A stretch of 41,960 nt of DNA from an uncultured Candidatus Saccharibacteria bacterium (GTDB taxonomy: Bacteria; Patescibacteriota; UBA1384; GWA2-35-9; CAYZGQ01). The stretch's first letter is position 1; every line of letters begins with the position of its first letter. A program made the position numbers and the translations under genes. Shown one piece after another: positions 33,761 through 41,960 of this stretch. Under the pieces are notes generated by a model. The model ran no database searches. It saw nothing but the letters and a program-made list of their open reading frames with translations, and was not told where the DNA came from. Location of the stretch: positions 1 to 41,960 of the forward strand of contig CAYZGQ010000003.1 in NCBI GenBank assembly GCA_964478135.1, given 5' to 3'.

Positions 33761-33870
33761 GTCGCTTGACAAGTCCGGTCAATCGGAGCACTATTAAATT
33801 AAATTGATACAATTTATTAGCCTTCATTCGAGTTAATTTGCTCATAAGGCCTATTAAAATAGGAGGTATT

Positions 33871-34125
33871 ATGGGTTCTAACCAACAGGTTGTCGGAAAA
33901 GTCATCCATTACTACGGCAAACTTGGAGTGGGTATTGTCGAGCTATCCGGCTCGCTCAAGACCGGCGATCAAGTTCAGATCAAGGGTCACACGACCGACA
34001 TCAGCCAAACGGTCGAGCAAATGCAAATCGACAAAAAAGATGTCGAAAGCGCCAAAAAGGGTGATGTGATTGGTCTGAAGGTTGACGACAAAGTCCGCGA
34101 GGCTGATGTCGTGACACTGGCCTAA
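33871..34125 (+). CDS. small translation-elongation-factor-like beta-barrel protein (EF-Tu domain 2-like)
   Basis: AGGAGG (33861-33866) upstream of ATG 33871. 84 aa. GKVIHYYGKLGVGIVELSGSLKTGDQVQIKG...AKKGDVIGLKV. Confidence 0.6.
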   Translation: MGSNQQVVGKVIHYYGKLGVGIVELSGSLKTGDQVQIKGHTTDISQTVEQMQIDKKDVESAKKGDVIGLKVDDKVREADVVTLA

Positions 34126-34175
34126 TATCGTTCTTTTTCTACTCGGGCTAATTAACCCGCGCTCGGCTCTTTTGG

Positions 34176-34358
34176 TTATTCTTGTTCAAAAAAAATGGCC
34201 TCTTTGGCCCATGTATTTGTTTGTAAAACCTCTCGTTTTGTTAGTACCTTGCGGTTGATCATCATTTCCATCTCCATGCGTAAATTGGTCCGGAGCATTT
34301 CTGGACCATCAGTGTTAATGGTGAATTTAATTCTGTGCGATTGAAGAGTTTTAATCAT
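34176..34358 (-). pseudogene. adenosine deaminase family remnant (C-terminal ~60 aa only)
   Basis: IKFTINTDGPEMLRTNLRMEMEMM...REVLQTNTWAKEAIF parallels the ADA C-terminal block (v.lNTDDP..f...L..Ey ... l..n....sF). An in-frame stop lies immediately upstream, and there is no intact N-terminal part. Confidence 0.45.
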
Positions 34359-34531
34359 CGTTTGCCGTTACCGCAGGTTGACAACTAAACCTAGTTTTAA
34401 GTTCGATACCACCAACTTCTATAAAGGAAAGGCCAAATCTGTCCAATCTATCTATGGTTCCGTTTTAGATCATATCTCTTTTAGATTATATCTCTTTAAG
34501 CGTAACCCCCTCCCCAAAAAATTAGTAGATC

Positions 34532-34624
34532 ATTCTAATATTCTCAAGAATATCAGAATATTACGAGAATTTAATCAAACACACGTTTATTGAGATATTC
34601 TGTAATTCTTAAGAATATTAGAAT
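34532..34624. repeat. long imperfect AT-rich inverted repeat (~31 pairing positions, 3 mismatches, ~30-nt spacer) built from AGAATAT/ATATTCT heptamers
   Basis: Positions 34532-34562 pair with 34594-34624, with mismatches at 34545/34611, 34552/34604 and 34553/34603. In minus sense it is followed by a U6 run (plus A6 at 34515-34520). Confidence 0.75.
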
Positions 34625-34696
34625 ATCATCAGGATTTATTGTCCAGGTTTCACTAGGTTATTAGCTAATTTTTCCAACCAGCTATTGAGTATTACC

Positions 34697-35140
34697 TTAG
34701 CCGGAGTGGCTGTGGCGGCGTTTTTTAAGTTCAGTCAGTTTGAGTCGAGCGAGTGAGCGCTCGAGCGCGGCGGTAGCGTCGGCTAAGGCGATCTCATCGG
34801 CGACTTGATGCTTAAGTTGATCAGCCCGCTCCATCGCCTGTCTGGCGCGCAGTTCGTCAATCTCATCGGCCCGCTCGGCCGCGTCAGCCAAAATCCTAAC
34901 CCGATTGCCTGTTACTTCGGCAAAACCACCCGAGACTACCACGTGCTCGAGCTGATCGTCTTGATCGGTTGACTTGAGTCGGAGCGAGACTATGCCCGGT
35001 CTCAATATTGTAACAAGCGGGATGTGATTGGGCAGGATCGCGATCTGGCCATCTTTGGCTGGCAAGATCGCCTCGTAAATTTTTTGGGAAAATAGTGTCC
35101 GATCGGGCGTAATCAGTTCAAATATTATTCCTGATTCCAT
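34697..35140 (-). CDS. atpC: F1 ATP synthase subunit epsilon
   Basis: 147 aa, last gene of the operon. ...LPAKDGQIAILPNHIPLVT...GGFAEV..., plus a C-terminal helical hairpin. Confidence 0.85.
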   Translation of the reverse strand: MESGIIFELITPDRTLFSQKIYEAILPAKDGQIAILPNHIPLVTILRPGIVSLRLKSTDQDDQLEHVVVSGGFAEVTGNRVRILADAAERADEIDELRARQAMERADQLKHQVADEIALADATAALERSLARLKLTELKKRRHSHSG

Positions 35141-35270
35141 TGAGATTTTTAATTTCTAGGATTCTAAAATTCAAAGGGGATCAAAACAAAGATTAAAGTT
35201 TTGAACATTTTTTTATCATGATTTGAGATTGATTTGATTTCTGGTTTTGAAATTTTAAGACTCTAAGTTG

Positions 35271-36674
<1,404 letters not shown>

Positions 36675-37568
36675 CTAAACCGCCCTAACCGCGGTAGAAA
36701 TTTCAGTTAGCTCCTGGGTGATTTTAGCTTGACGCAGACTGTTGTAGCTTAAGTTTAATTGGTCGATAATTTCCCGGGCGTTGTCAGAAGCATTTTTCAT
36801 TGCCACCATCCGAGCCGATTGCTCCGAGGCGATCGCTTCCAGAATTTTTTGATAGATCTGCACCTCGATTACTCGGGGCAGTATGAACTTAAGCAGTTCG
36901 TCTTGGGTTGGTTCGAATCTGTACTCGAGAGTTTGTTTTGCTGGTTCAACACTTTCTTGATCGCCTGATGATCCGGTAGTGGCTAATTGATCTGACAAAA
37001 CAACCGGCAGAATTTGACTGACCATTGGTTCTTGTTTAATCGTCGAGTGGCAATGGGTGTAGGACATATACACCGCGTCGTATATTTTTTGACTAAAACC
37101 ATCAATGGCCAGCTTGGCGATCGGACCGACATCTCGGATTGTCGGGTGGATCGGAAGGTTGGTAAAGGTGGCTCTTAACTTGATTTTGGTTTGGCGAAAG
37201 TAGTCTTGGGCCTTTTGGCCGATCGTCACGACCTCAAAGGCGACTCGGTCGTTGTTAGTTAAAAACAGACTGGCTGTGCGTGCCAAAAGAGAGTTGTAGG
37301 CGCCGGCCAGACCGCGGTCCGAACCAATTACGATCATGAGTCCCCTTTTGACCAGTCGTTGATCGAGCAGTGGGTGTTTTGTTCTATCAAGACTGGCGGT
37401 CAGACTGGAAATAGTGGTCAGACTAACTTGGGCGTAGTCTCGGGATTTTTTGGTCTGTTCTTGGGCCCGGCGCATTTTTGAGGCCGCCACCAGCTCCATT
37501 GCCTTGGTAATTTGGCGGGTGTTTTTGATTGACTTGAGACGCTGTTTGATTTGTTGGAGCGAAGGCAT
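36675..37568 (-). CDS. atpG: F1 ATP synthase subunit gamma
   Basis: MPSLQQIKQRLKSIKNTRQITKAMELVAASKMRRAQ and the C-terminal ...RQAKITQELTEI. Confidence 0.95.
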   Translation of the reverse strand: MPSLQQIKQRLKSIKNTRQITKAMELVAASKMRRAQEQTKKSRDYAQVSLTTISSLTASLDRTKHPLLDQRLVKRGLMIVIGSDRGLAGAYNSLLARTASLFLTNNDRVAFEVVTIGQKAQDYFRQTKIKLRATFTNLPIHPTIRDVGPIAKLAIDGFSQKIYDAVYMSYTHCHSTIKQEPMVSQILPVVLSDQLATTGSSGDQESVEPAKQTLEYRFEPTQDELLKFILPRVIEVQIYQKILEAIASEQSARMVAMKNASDNAREIIDQLNLSYNSLRQAKITQELTEISTAVRAV

Positions 37569-37580
37569 GGTTTTAGAGAA

Positions 37581-39224
37581 TTAGATGCTTGTATCAGATC
37601 GGGCGGATCCGTCGATATTGGTCGTTTGTGTTTGATCGGTTTTTTCCGCCTGGTTTGGGCCGTCTTGATTGGCTGGTTGTTTAGGCGTAATCTGGCTGAC
37701 TATCTGTTTAATTTTATTTTCAATCGTTGGGCTAAGCTGGCCTGTTTTTTCAATTTCGTCCAGCAGTTTTGAGTGATCGGTTGCGAGCCGGTCAGCCAAT
37801 TTCTGCTCGAACAGCTTAACTTGTTCAACCGGCAGGCTGTCGAAGTAACCATTAATTACGGCGTAAATTTTGACCACCTGAAGCCCGATCGGTTCTGGTT
37901 GGTATTGGAGCTGTTTGAGTAACTCGGTCATTCGTTTGCCCCGTTCGATTTGCTGTTTTGTTTGCGGGTCCAGATCTGTTGCGAATTGGGCAAAGGCCGC
38001 TAGCTCCCTGAACTGGGCCAGTTGGAGTCGCAGTTGACCAGCCACCTGCTTCATAGCTTTAATTTGGGCCGTTCCGCCGACACGCGAGACAGATAGACCA
38101 ACCGAAACTGCCGGTCGAATCCCTTGGTAGAACAGGTCGTTTTCCAAAAAGATTTGGCCGTCGGTGATCGAAATTACGTTGGTTGGAATGTAGGCTGAAA
38201 TATCGCCGGCTTGGGTTTCGATGATCGGCAGGGCGGTCAGCGATCCGCCGGAGTTCTTATCGCTTAGTTTGGCCGAGCGTTCGAGCAAGCGCGAGTGAAG
38301 ATAAAACACATCGCCCGGGTAGGCCTCCCGGCCGGGCGGGCGCTTGAGCAAGAGTGATATTTGCCGGTAGGCCCAGGCGTGTTTGGAAAGGTCATCATAA
38401 ACAATCAAGGCGTCGTCACCACGGTCGCGAAAGAATTCGCCTATGCTCGAGCCGGCGTAGGGCGCCAGGTATTGGAGCGAGGCCGGATCGGCGGCCGAAG
38501 TCACCACGACCACGGTCCACTCCATAGCCCCTTCCCGCTCTAGCCGATCAATAATTTTGGCAACCCGAGAGCGCTGCTGGCCGATCGCGACATAGATTGA
38601 GTAAACCGGTTTCAAGCCCGATAATTTGTTTTCTTTAATTCGTCGGTTGATTCTAGTCTGGTTGATAATTGTGTCAATCGCCAGGGCTGTTTTGCCGGTT
38701 TGTCGGTCGCCGATGATAAGTTCTCTCTGACCCCGACCGATCGGGATCATCGCGTCGATCGCTTTAATGCCGGTTTGCAAAGGCGTATTAACCGATTGGC
38801 GTTCGATCACCCCCGGGGCAGCTTTTTCAACAGGACTGATTTGGTCGGTTTTGATCGCTCCGGCGTCATCAAGCGGTTGGCCGAGCGGATTAACAACTCG
38901 GCCCAGCAGAGCCGGCCCGACCGGCACCGAGAGAATCCGGCCGGTTGTTTTAACCCTCTGGCCAGCTTTGAGTCCGCGCTCATCCGAGAGCAGGATAATC
39001 CCAACCTCATCTTGGGCAAGGTTGAGCGCCAAACCAAATCGGCCGGATCCGAAATCAATCATCTCGCCCGCTTGGGCTTGGGACAGCCCCCAAACCTTAG
39101 CCACCCCATCACCAATTTCGGTAATGATCCCGCTTGTTTCAACTTGGACGGTCAGTTTTAAGCCTTCAATCTCTTGTTTGAGAATTTCAGCCAAATCTGA
39201 TCCGAGTGTCACGTTACTGGTCAT
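37581..39224 (-). CDS. atpA: F1 ATP synthase subunit alpha (with an ~40-aa low-complexity C-terminal tail)
   Basis: Walker [40 protein letters not shown] and [14 protein letters not shown]. The tail is ...[34 protein letters not shown]. Confidence 0.97.
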   Translation of the reverse strand: MTSNVTLGSDLAEILKQEIEGLKLTVQVETSGIITEIGDGVAKVWGLSQAQAGEMIDFGSGRFGLALNLAQDEVGIILLSDERGLKAGQRVKTTGRILSVPVGPALLGRVVNPLGQPLDDAGAIKTDQISPVEKAAPGVIERQSVNTPLQTGIKAIDAMIPIGRGQRELIIGDRQTGKTALAIDTIINQTRINRRIKENKLSGLKPVYSIYVAIGQQRSRVAKIIDRLEREGAMEWTVVVVTSAADPASLQYLAPYAGSSIGEFFRDRGDDALIVYDDLSKHAWAYRQISLLLKRPPGREAYPGDVFYLHSRLLERSAKLSDKNSGGSLTALPIIETQAGDISAYIPTNVISITDGQIFLENDLFYQGIRPAVSVGLSVSRVGGTAQIKAMKQVAGQLRLQLAQFRELAAFAQFATDLDPQTKQQIERGKRMTELLKQLQYQPEPIGLQVVKIYAVINGYFDSLPVEQVKLFEQKLADRLATDHSKLLDEIEKTGQLSPTIENKIKQIVSQITPKQPANQDGPNQAEKTDQTQTTNIDGSARSDTSI

Positions 39225-39227
39225 AAT

Positions 39228-39629
39228 TTATTGAGTTAGTGATGCTTCTAGATCCGAGAGTTGGCGGGCGAGACTTAGATCGATTATTTGATCCCCGATC
39301 GTAATTTTAACTCCGGCGATCAGATGGTTGTTTCGAACCGATCTGATGACTGGGTTTGGAGCCAGAGCCAGATTGATGATTTTCCTTCGAACAAGCTCTG
39401 ATAACTCGCTTGTCAGCTCAAGCGGGGTCTCAACAACCACTTCCTGGATACCTTGCTGGGCGTTAATCGCCCGAGCAACGGCTTGGTAGACCCGATCCGG
39501 TTTTTTGTCAAAGCCGCTCGCTTTTAACATCTGCCAGAATTTGTTGGCGTAACGTTTTACTTGCTCCGGCTGGCCTCGAACAAGTTGGGCGAAGGCTTGG
39601 GCTAAACTGGATAGTGATGAGTTGATCAT
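39228..39629 (-). CDS. atpH: F1 ATP synthase subunit delta (OSCP), short form
   Basis: 133 aa, between atpF and atpA. C-terminal LIAGVKITIGDQIIDLSLARQL matches the delta/OSCP terminus. Confidence 0.75.
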   Translation of the reverse strand: MINSSLSSLAQAFAQLVRGQPEQVKRYANKFWQMLKASGFDKKPDRVYQAVARAINAQQGIQEVVVETPLELTSELSELVRRKIINLALAPNPVIRSVRNNHLIAGVKITIGDQIIDLSLARQLSDLEASLTQ

Positions 39630-40138
39630 CGGATGGCCTGATCAAGGGCTCGTTTGATTATTTTTACTTGATCATCTTGATTTAGCGATTGAGTCAAAAT
39701 TTTTTGAGTCGTCGCTACGACCAATTGGGCGATCTGCCGGCGAGCCTCTTTGATCATTGATTCTTTATCAGCCGCCAGACGGGCGGCGTTTTTTTGGCGC
39801 TCGAGCGCCTGTTCTCTCTTTAGAGTGTCAAGTCCGTCTTGTTTAAATTTGGCCGCCTCATCTGTGGCTTGCTTTATCATTTTTTGGACCTGGAGTTGAG
39901 CCTGGCTTAATATTTGGTTACTTTGTTTCTCCAGACGCTGGTGAGATTGTTCAATTTCCTCGTTCCTTTTAATTGATTGCTCGATCAACTGGCGTCGTTT
40001 TTCCAGAGCCGCGATGATTGGCTTATAAGCGGTCAGTTTCAGGATTAGGAGTAATATGGCAAAGTTAACTATCTGGAAAACGATTTCCTTGGTGTTAATA
40101 CCTAAACTGGCGATACCATTAAGCTCGTGGACTGACAT
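39626..40138 (-). CDS. atpF: Fo ATP synthase subunit b
   Basis: Single N-terminal TM helix (IVFQIVNFAILLLILKL), then a long charged coiled coil. Overlaps the atpH start by 4 nt. Confidence 0.85.
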   Translation of the reverse strand: MSVHELNGIASLGINTKEIVFQIVNFAILLLILKLTAYKPIIAALEKRRQLIEQSIKRNEEIEQSHQRLEKQSNQILSQAQLQVQKMIKQATDEAAKFKQDGLDTLKREQALERQKNAARLAADKESMIKEARRQIAQLVVATTQKILTQSLNQDDQVKIIKRALDQAIR

Positions 40139-40230
40139 TCAATGGCTAAATAGTTTATTCATCTTGGCCGATCGGCTAACCCGGATTAATCGCGATAAGC
40201 CATCTTTTTTGAGTCGATCTAAAGCCGGGT

Positions 40231-40458
40231 TTAGACGAATTTTATAGTCAAGGCGATAACGAGCGAATAGATCGCGATCGCCTCGGCAAACGCGATTGCC
40301 AAGATCATGGCCGTCTGAATTTTACCGGTCGCTTCAGGGTTGCGGCCGATCGCTTCGACCGCTTTGGACGCCATCAGGCCGATCGCCAGGGCCGGCATAA
40401 CTCCGCCCAGGGCGATTGTGGCGCCGGCAGCGACCGATTTGATTGCTTCCTCTGTCAT
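40231..40458 (-). CDS. atpE: Fo ATP synthase subunit c
   Basis: 75-aa two-helix hairpin. G-rich helix 1 (AAGATIALGGVMPALAIG), loop RNPE, and the carboxylate in AIAFAEAIAIY. Confidence 0.95.
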   Translation of the reverse strand: MTEEAIKSVAAGATIALGGVMPALAIGLMASKAVEAIGRNPEATGKIQTAMILAIAFAEAIAIYSLVIALTIKFV

Positions 40459-40534
40459 ATTGATTCCTTTCTACAATGTTTTTACTTTTATTGATTTATT
40501 TAATTATAGCCTAACAATTACAATAAGTCTTGTT

Positions 40535-41269
40535 TTATCCGTCATGGGCGGTTGCGATTTTCAAGAATACCAAGGTTAACATCCCAAAGACCGTCGCTTG
40601 AATAAAACCGACAAATAATTCCAATCCGTAAAATGGGACTGGTGCCACGAGCGGCACGATCGCTCCGATTGATACCAGCAAGACCTCGCCGGCAAAGATG
40701 TTGCCAAAGAGTCTAAACGAGAACGAAACCATTTTAGTCAGCTCTGATATGAATTCGAGCAGGCCGACAAAAAATAAAATTGGATTGGAGAAGTTAAAAT
40801 ATTTTTTCCAGTGATTAAAAAAGCCGAGTTCCAACATGCCGTAGTACTGGGTGGCTAAGACCGATATTAGGGCGATCGCCAGTGTCGTGTTCAAATCGGC
40901 CGTGCCGGCTCGAAACAGGGCTGACCGGCTATCTTGGCCGTTAACCAGAATCGAGCCGACTCCAGGCAGTAGTCCAAAGTAGTTGTTAAAGATCACAAAA
41001 ATAAAAATGGTGGCTACGAGCGGAAAATAACGGATTGCCTGGGCCCTCTGGCCCAAGACTTGTTGGCTGACTGTCAGCAGGCCCTCGATCAAGGCTTCCC
41101 AGGCGTTGGCGATACCTTTTGGAACAGCCGTTCTTGTCGGTCTGATCAGAATCGCGATCAAGGCGATTGCGCCAGTTACGACCAAACTTGAAATCATTGA
41201 GTTAGTGACTGGAATGCCGCCAATTTGGCTGATTTTCTCGGCGGCCAGAGAAATGTGAATGTCTGGCAT
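40535..41269 (-). CDS. atpB: Fo ATP synthase subunit a
   Basis: Polytopic, 244 aa. Essential-Arg helix SFSFRLFGNIFAGE. Confidence 0.95.
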   Translation of the reverse strand: MPDIHISLAAEKISQIGGIPVTNSMISSLVVTGAIALIAILIRPTRTAVPKGIANAWEALIEGLLTVSQQVLGQRAQAIRYFPLVATIFIFVIFNNYFGLLPGVGSILVNGQDSRSALFRAGTADLNTTLAIALISVLATQYYGMLELGFFNHWKKYFNFSNPILFFVGLLEFISELTKMVSFSFRLFGNIFAGEVLLVSIGAIVPLVAPVPFYGLELFVGFIQATVFGMLTLVFLKIATAHDG

Positions 41270-41328
41270 AATAGTGAAACTTGAAAATTAATAGTTTAAG
41301 ACTGGAGGCTTAAGGGTCTTGTCTTGAG

Positions 41329-41562
41329 CTATAACCAACTTTTGATCCGATGATAAAGTGTCGTGCCAGAGACGATCAAGGCTAGGACTAGCCCGACAAA
41401 AACCAGAACCGCCCGAACTCCAATTAACTGATCGATCGCGTGACCCAGCCAGATAAAAAAAACCAGCGGCAGAGCAATTATCAGGCCGGTCGCGCTCGCC
41501 TCTCGTGCCAAAAACCAAGCGTTAATTTGAGTTTTCTTGTGATTGGTTACTGGTGGGGTCAT
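41329..41562 (-). CDS. atpI: AtpZ/AtpI-like small membrane protein (first gene of the atp operon)
   Basis: 77 aa with two TM helices, in the operon-proximal position. The overlapping 41288-41518 ORF in another frame was rejected. Confidence 0.6.
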   Translation of the reverse strand: MTPPVTNHKKTQINAWFLAREASATGLIIALPLVFFIWLGHAIDQLIGVRAVLVFVGLVLALIVSGTTLYHRIKSWL

Positions 41563-41568
41563 AGTTGT

Positions 41569-41649
41569 AGCCTGAACGGCAAATTAGATTAGTTCGATCT
41601 TAACTTTCGATCTTAATTCGAGCTACTTAGCGCTACTTACAGCCTGAAC
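41569..41649. repeat. nested direct repeats upstream of the atp operon: AGCCTGAAC x2 (41569-41577, 41641-41649) enclosing TTCGATCTTAA x2 (41593-41603, 41606-41616) and GCTACTTA x2 (41622-41629, 41632-41639)
   Basis: All copies are identical by direct reading. Inner repeats have 13-nt and 10-nt periods. Confidence 0.8.
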
Positions 41650-41795
41650 CAAAATCAAAATTCCGTCAAGACTCGATAGTTGACAGGTTTAGCGGTTTAT
41701 GTTAGCCCTTGGCACATGCCGAGGATCGGGCTAAAATTAAATCGCTCGATCGGGTTTTCATTCCGGCTGGAACAGACCAAACGCCCGATAATTTA

Positions 41796-41866
41796 GCGGG
41801 ATTAGTTCAGTGGTAGAACGCGTGCTTCCCAAGCACGAGGCGCCAGTTCGATTCTGGTATCCCGCT
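41796..41866 (+). tRNA. tRNA-Gly (anticodon CCC)
   Basis: GCGGGAT-TA-GTTC-AGTGGTA-GAAC-G-CGTGC-TTCCCAA-GCACG-AGGC-GCCAG-TTCGATT-CTGGT-ATCCCGC-T. 71 nt, CCA not encoded. Confidence 0.95.
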
Positions 41867-41960
41867 CCGCAAACAAAGAGAACGATTTTTTGGCGGGATT
41901 TTGGCGGGCAGAGCTTCGAGCGTCCCATCAAAAAGTTGGTCTCATGTCTCTAACTCGGAT

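Larger units (their letters stand above)
33628..33776. repeat. 12-nt direct repeat CTTGACAAGTCC flanking tRNA-Asp on both sides
   Basis: Identical copies at 33628-33639 and 33765-33776. Confidence 0.8.

Noticed and set aside
34378-34593. 71-aa plus-strand ORF in the AT-rich gap
   Set aside because: It has a TTG start without an SD and runs through the inverted-repeat region and the ADA remnant zone. Its composition simply reflects AT-rich DNA.
38700-39234. Two long plus-strand ORFs (153 and 155 aa) antisense to atpA, with similar antisense or out-of-frame ORFs at 2252-2776, 2329-2754, 2787-3452, 5360-5860, 8153-8545 and 27384-27794
   Set aside because: All lie entirely inside strongly supported conserved genes. 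Their translations are Arg/Ser/Pro-rich and they have no start-site signals. These are typical shadow ORFs.
41288-41518. 76-aa minus-strand ORF overlapping atpI
   Set aside because: It is in an alternative frame of the better-supported two-TM AtpI/AtpZ-like ORF (41329-41562), and its translation is not membrane-like.
41710-41724. TGGCAC motif as a sigma-54 promoter upstream of tRNA-Gly
   Set aside because: The spacing partner is GAGG, not TTGC, so only the -24 half matches. No enhancer-binding context was seen.
41888-41908. Tandem TTTTGGCGGG(A/C) x2 downstream of tRNA-Gly, sharing GCGGGATT with the tRNA 5' end, as an att-like duplication
   Set aside because: Only 8 nt are shared. It is the 5' end rather than the 3' end of the tRNA that is echoed. 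The element is cut by the window edge, so it cannot be evaluated.

Overview
This window reads as an ordinary chromosomal, mostly housekeeping segment of a small-genome bacterium. I infer Patescibacteria/CPR from the class I LysRS, a 581-aa AlaRS without a C-Ala domain, a truncated TsaB-like protein, a lamin-tail-domain surface protein and tight gene packing. From 0.4 to 33.3 kb almost everything is on the plus strand: SLT transglycosylase, alaS, an ftsA-like ATPase plus an unknown membrane protein, ruvX, mltG, (minus-strand LysM-like gene), mreB-mreC-mreD-mrdA, greA, class I lysyl-tRNA synthetase, hpf, secA, FMN reductase, Nudix, nfo, sua5/tsaC, polX, ftsE-ftsX-M23 peptidase, bPH membrane protein, archease-like protein, LTD/OB surface protein, TsaB-like protein, (minus-strand orphan gene), LCP, a small membrane protein and a PpiC isomerase. 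Transcription then converges. The 33.3-34.7 kb stretch holds tRNA-Asp(GTC) on minus, a small EF-Tu-domain-2-like barrel protein, an adenosine deaminase remnant and an AT-rich repeat region. A complete F1Fo ATP synthase operon follows on the minus strand (atpI-B-E-F-H-A-G-D-C), and tRNA-Gly(CCC) sits at the end. I saw no CRISPR array, transposase, integrase, reverse transcriptase, toxin-antitoxin pair or recognisable defence gene, so I cannot point to a clear new protein system. The best leads are non-coding or architectural: (1) an orphan ~150-nt minus-strand RNA gene between hpf and secA, with its own promoter, four hairpins, strand-specific G-U pairs and an intrinsic terminator; (2) a recurrent extended -10 (TGnTAnnnT) 6-10 nt upstream of SD-less start codons, implying leaderless mRNAs; (3) an FtsA-like ATPase paired with an unknown 565-aa bitopic protein, inserted into the conserved alaS-ruvX-mltG cluster; (4) a repeat-rich, AT-rich zone around tRNA-Asp; (5) an attenuator-like leader upstream of the minus-strand orphan gene; (6) nested direct repeats upstream of the atp operon. 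All functional calls rest on motifs read by eye from the ORF translations. No database search was run.
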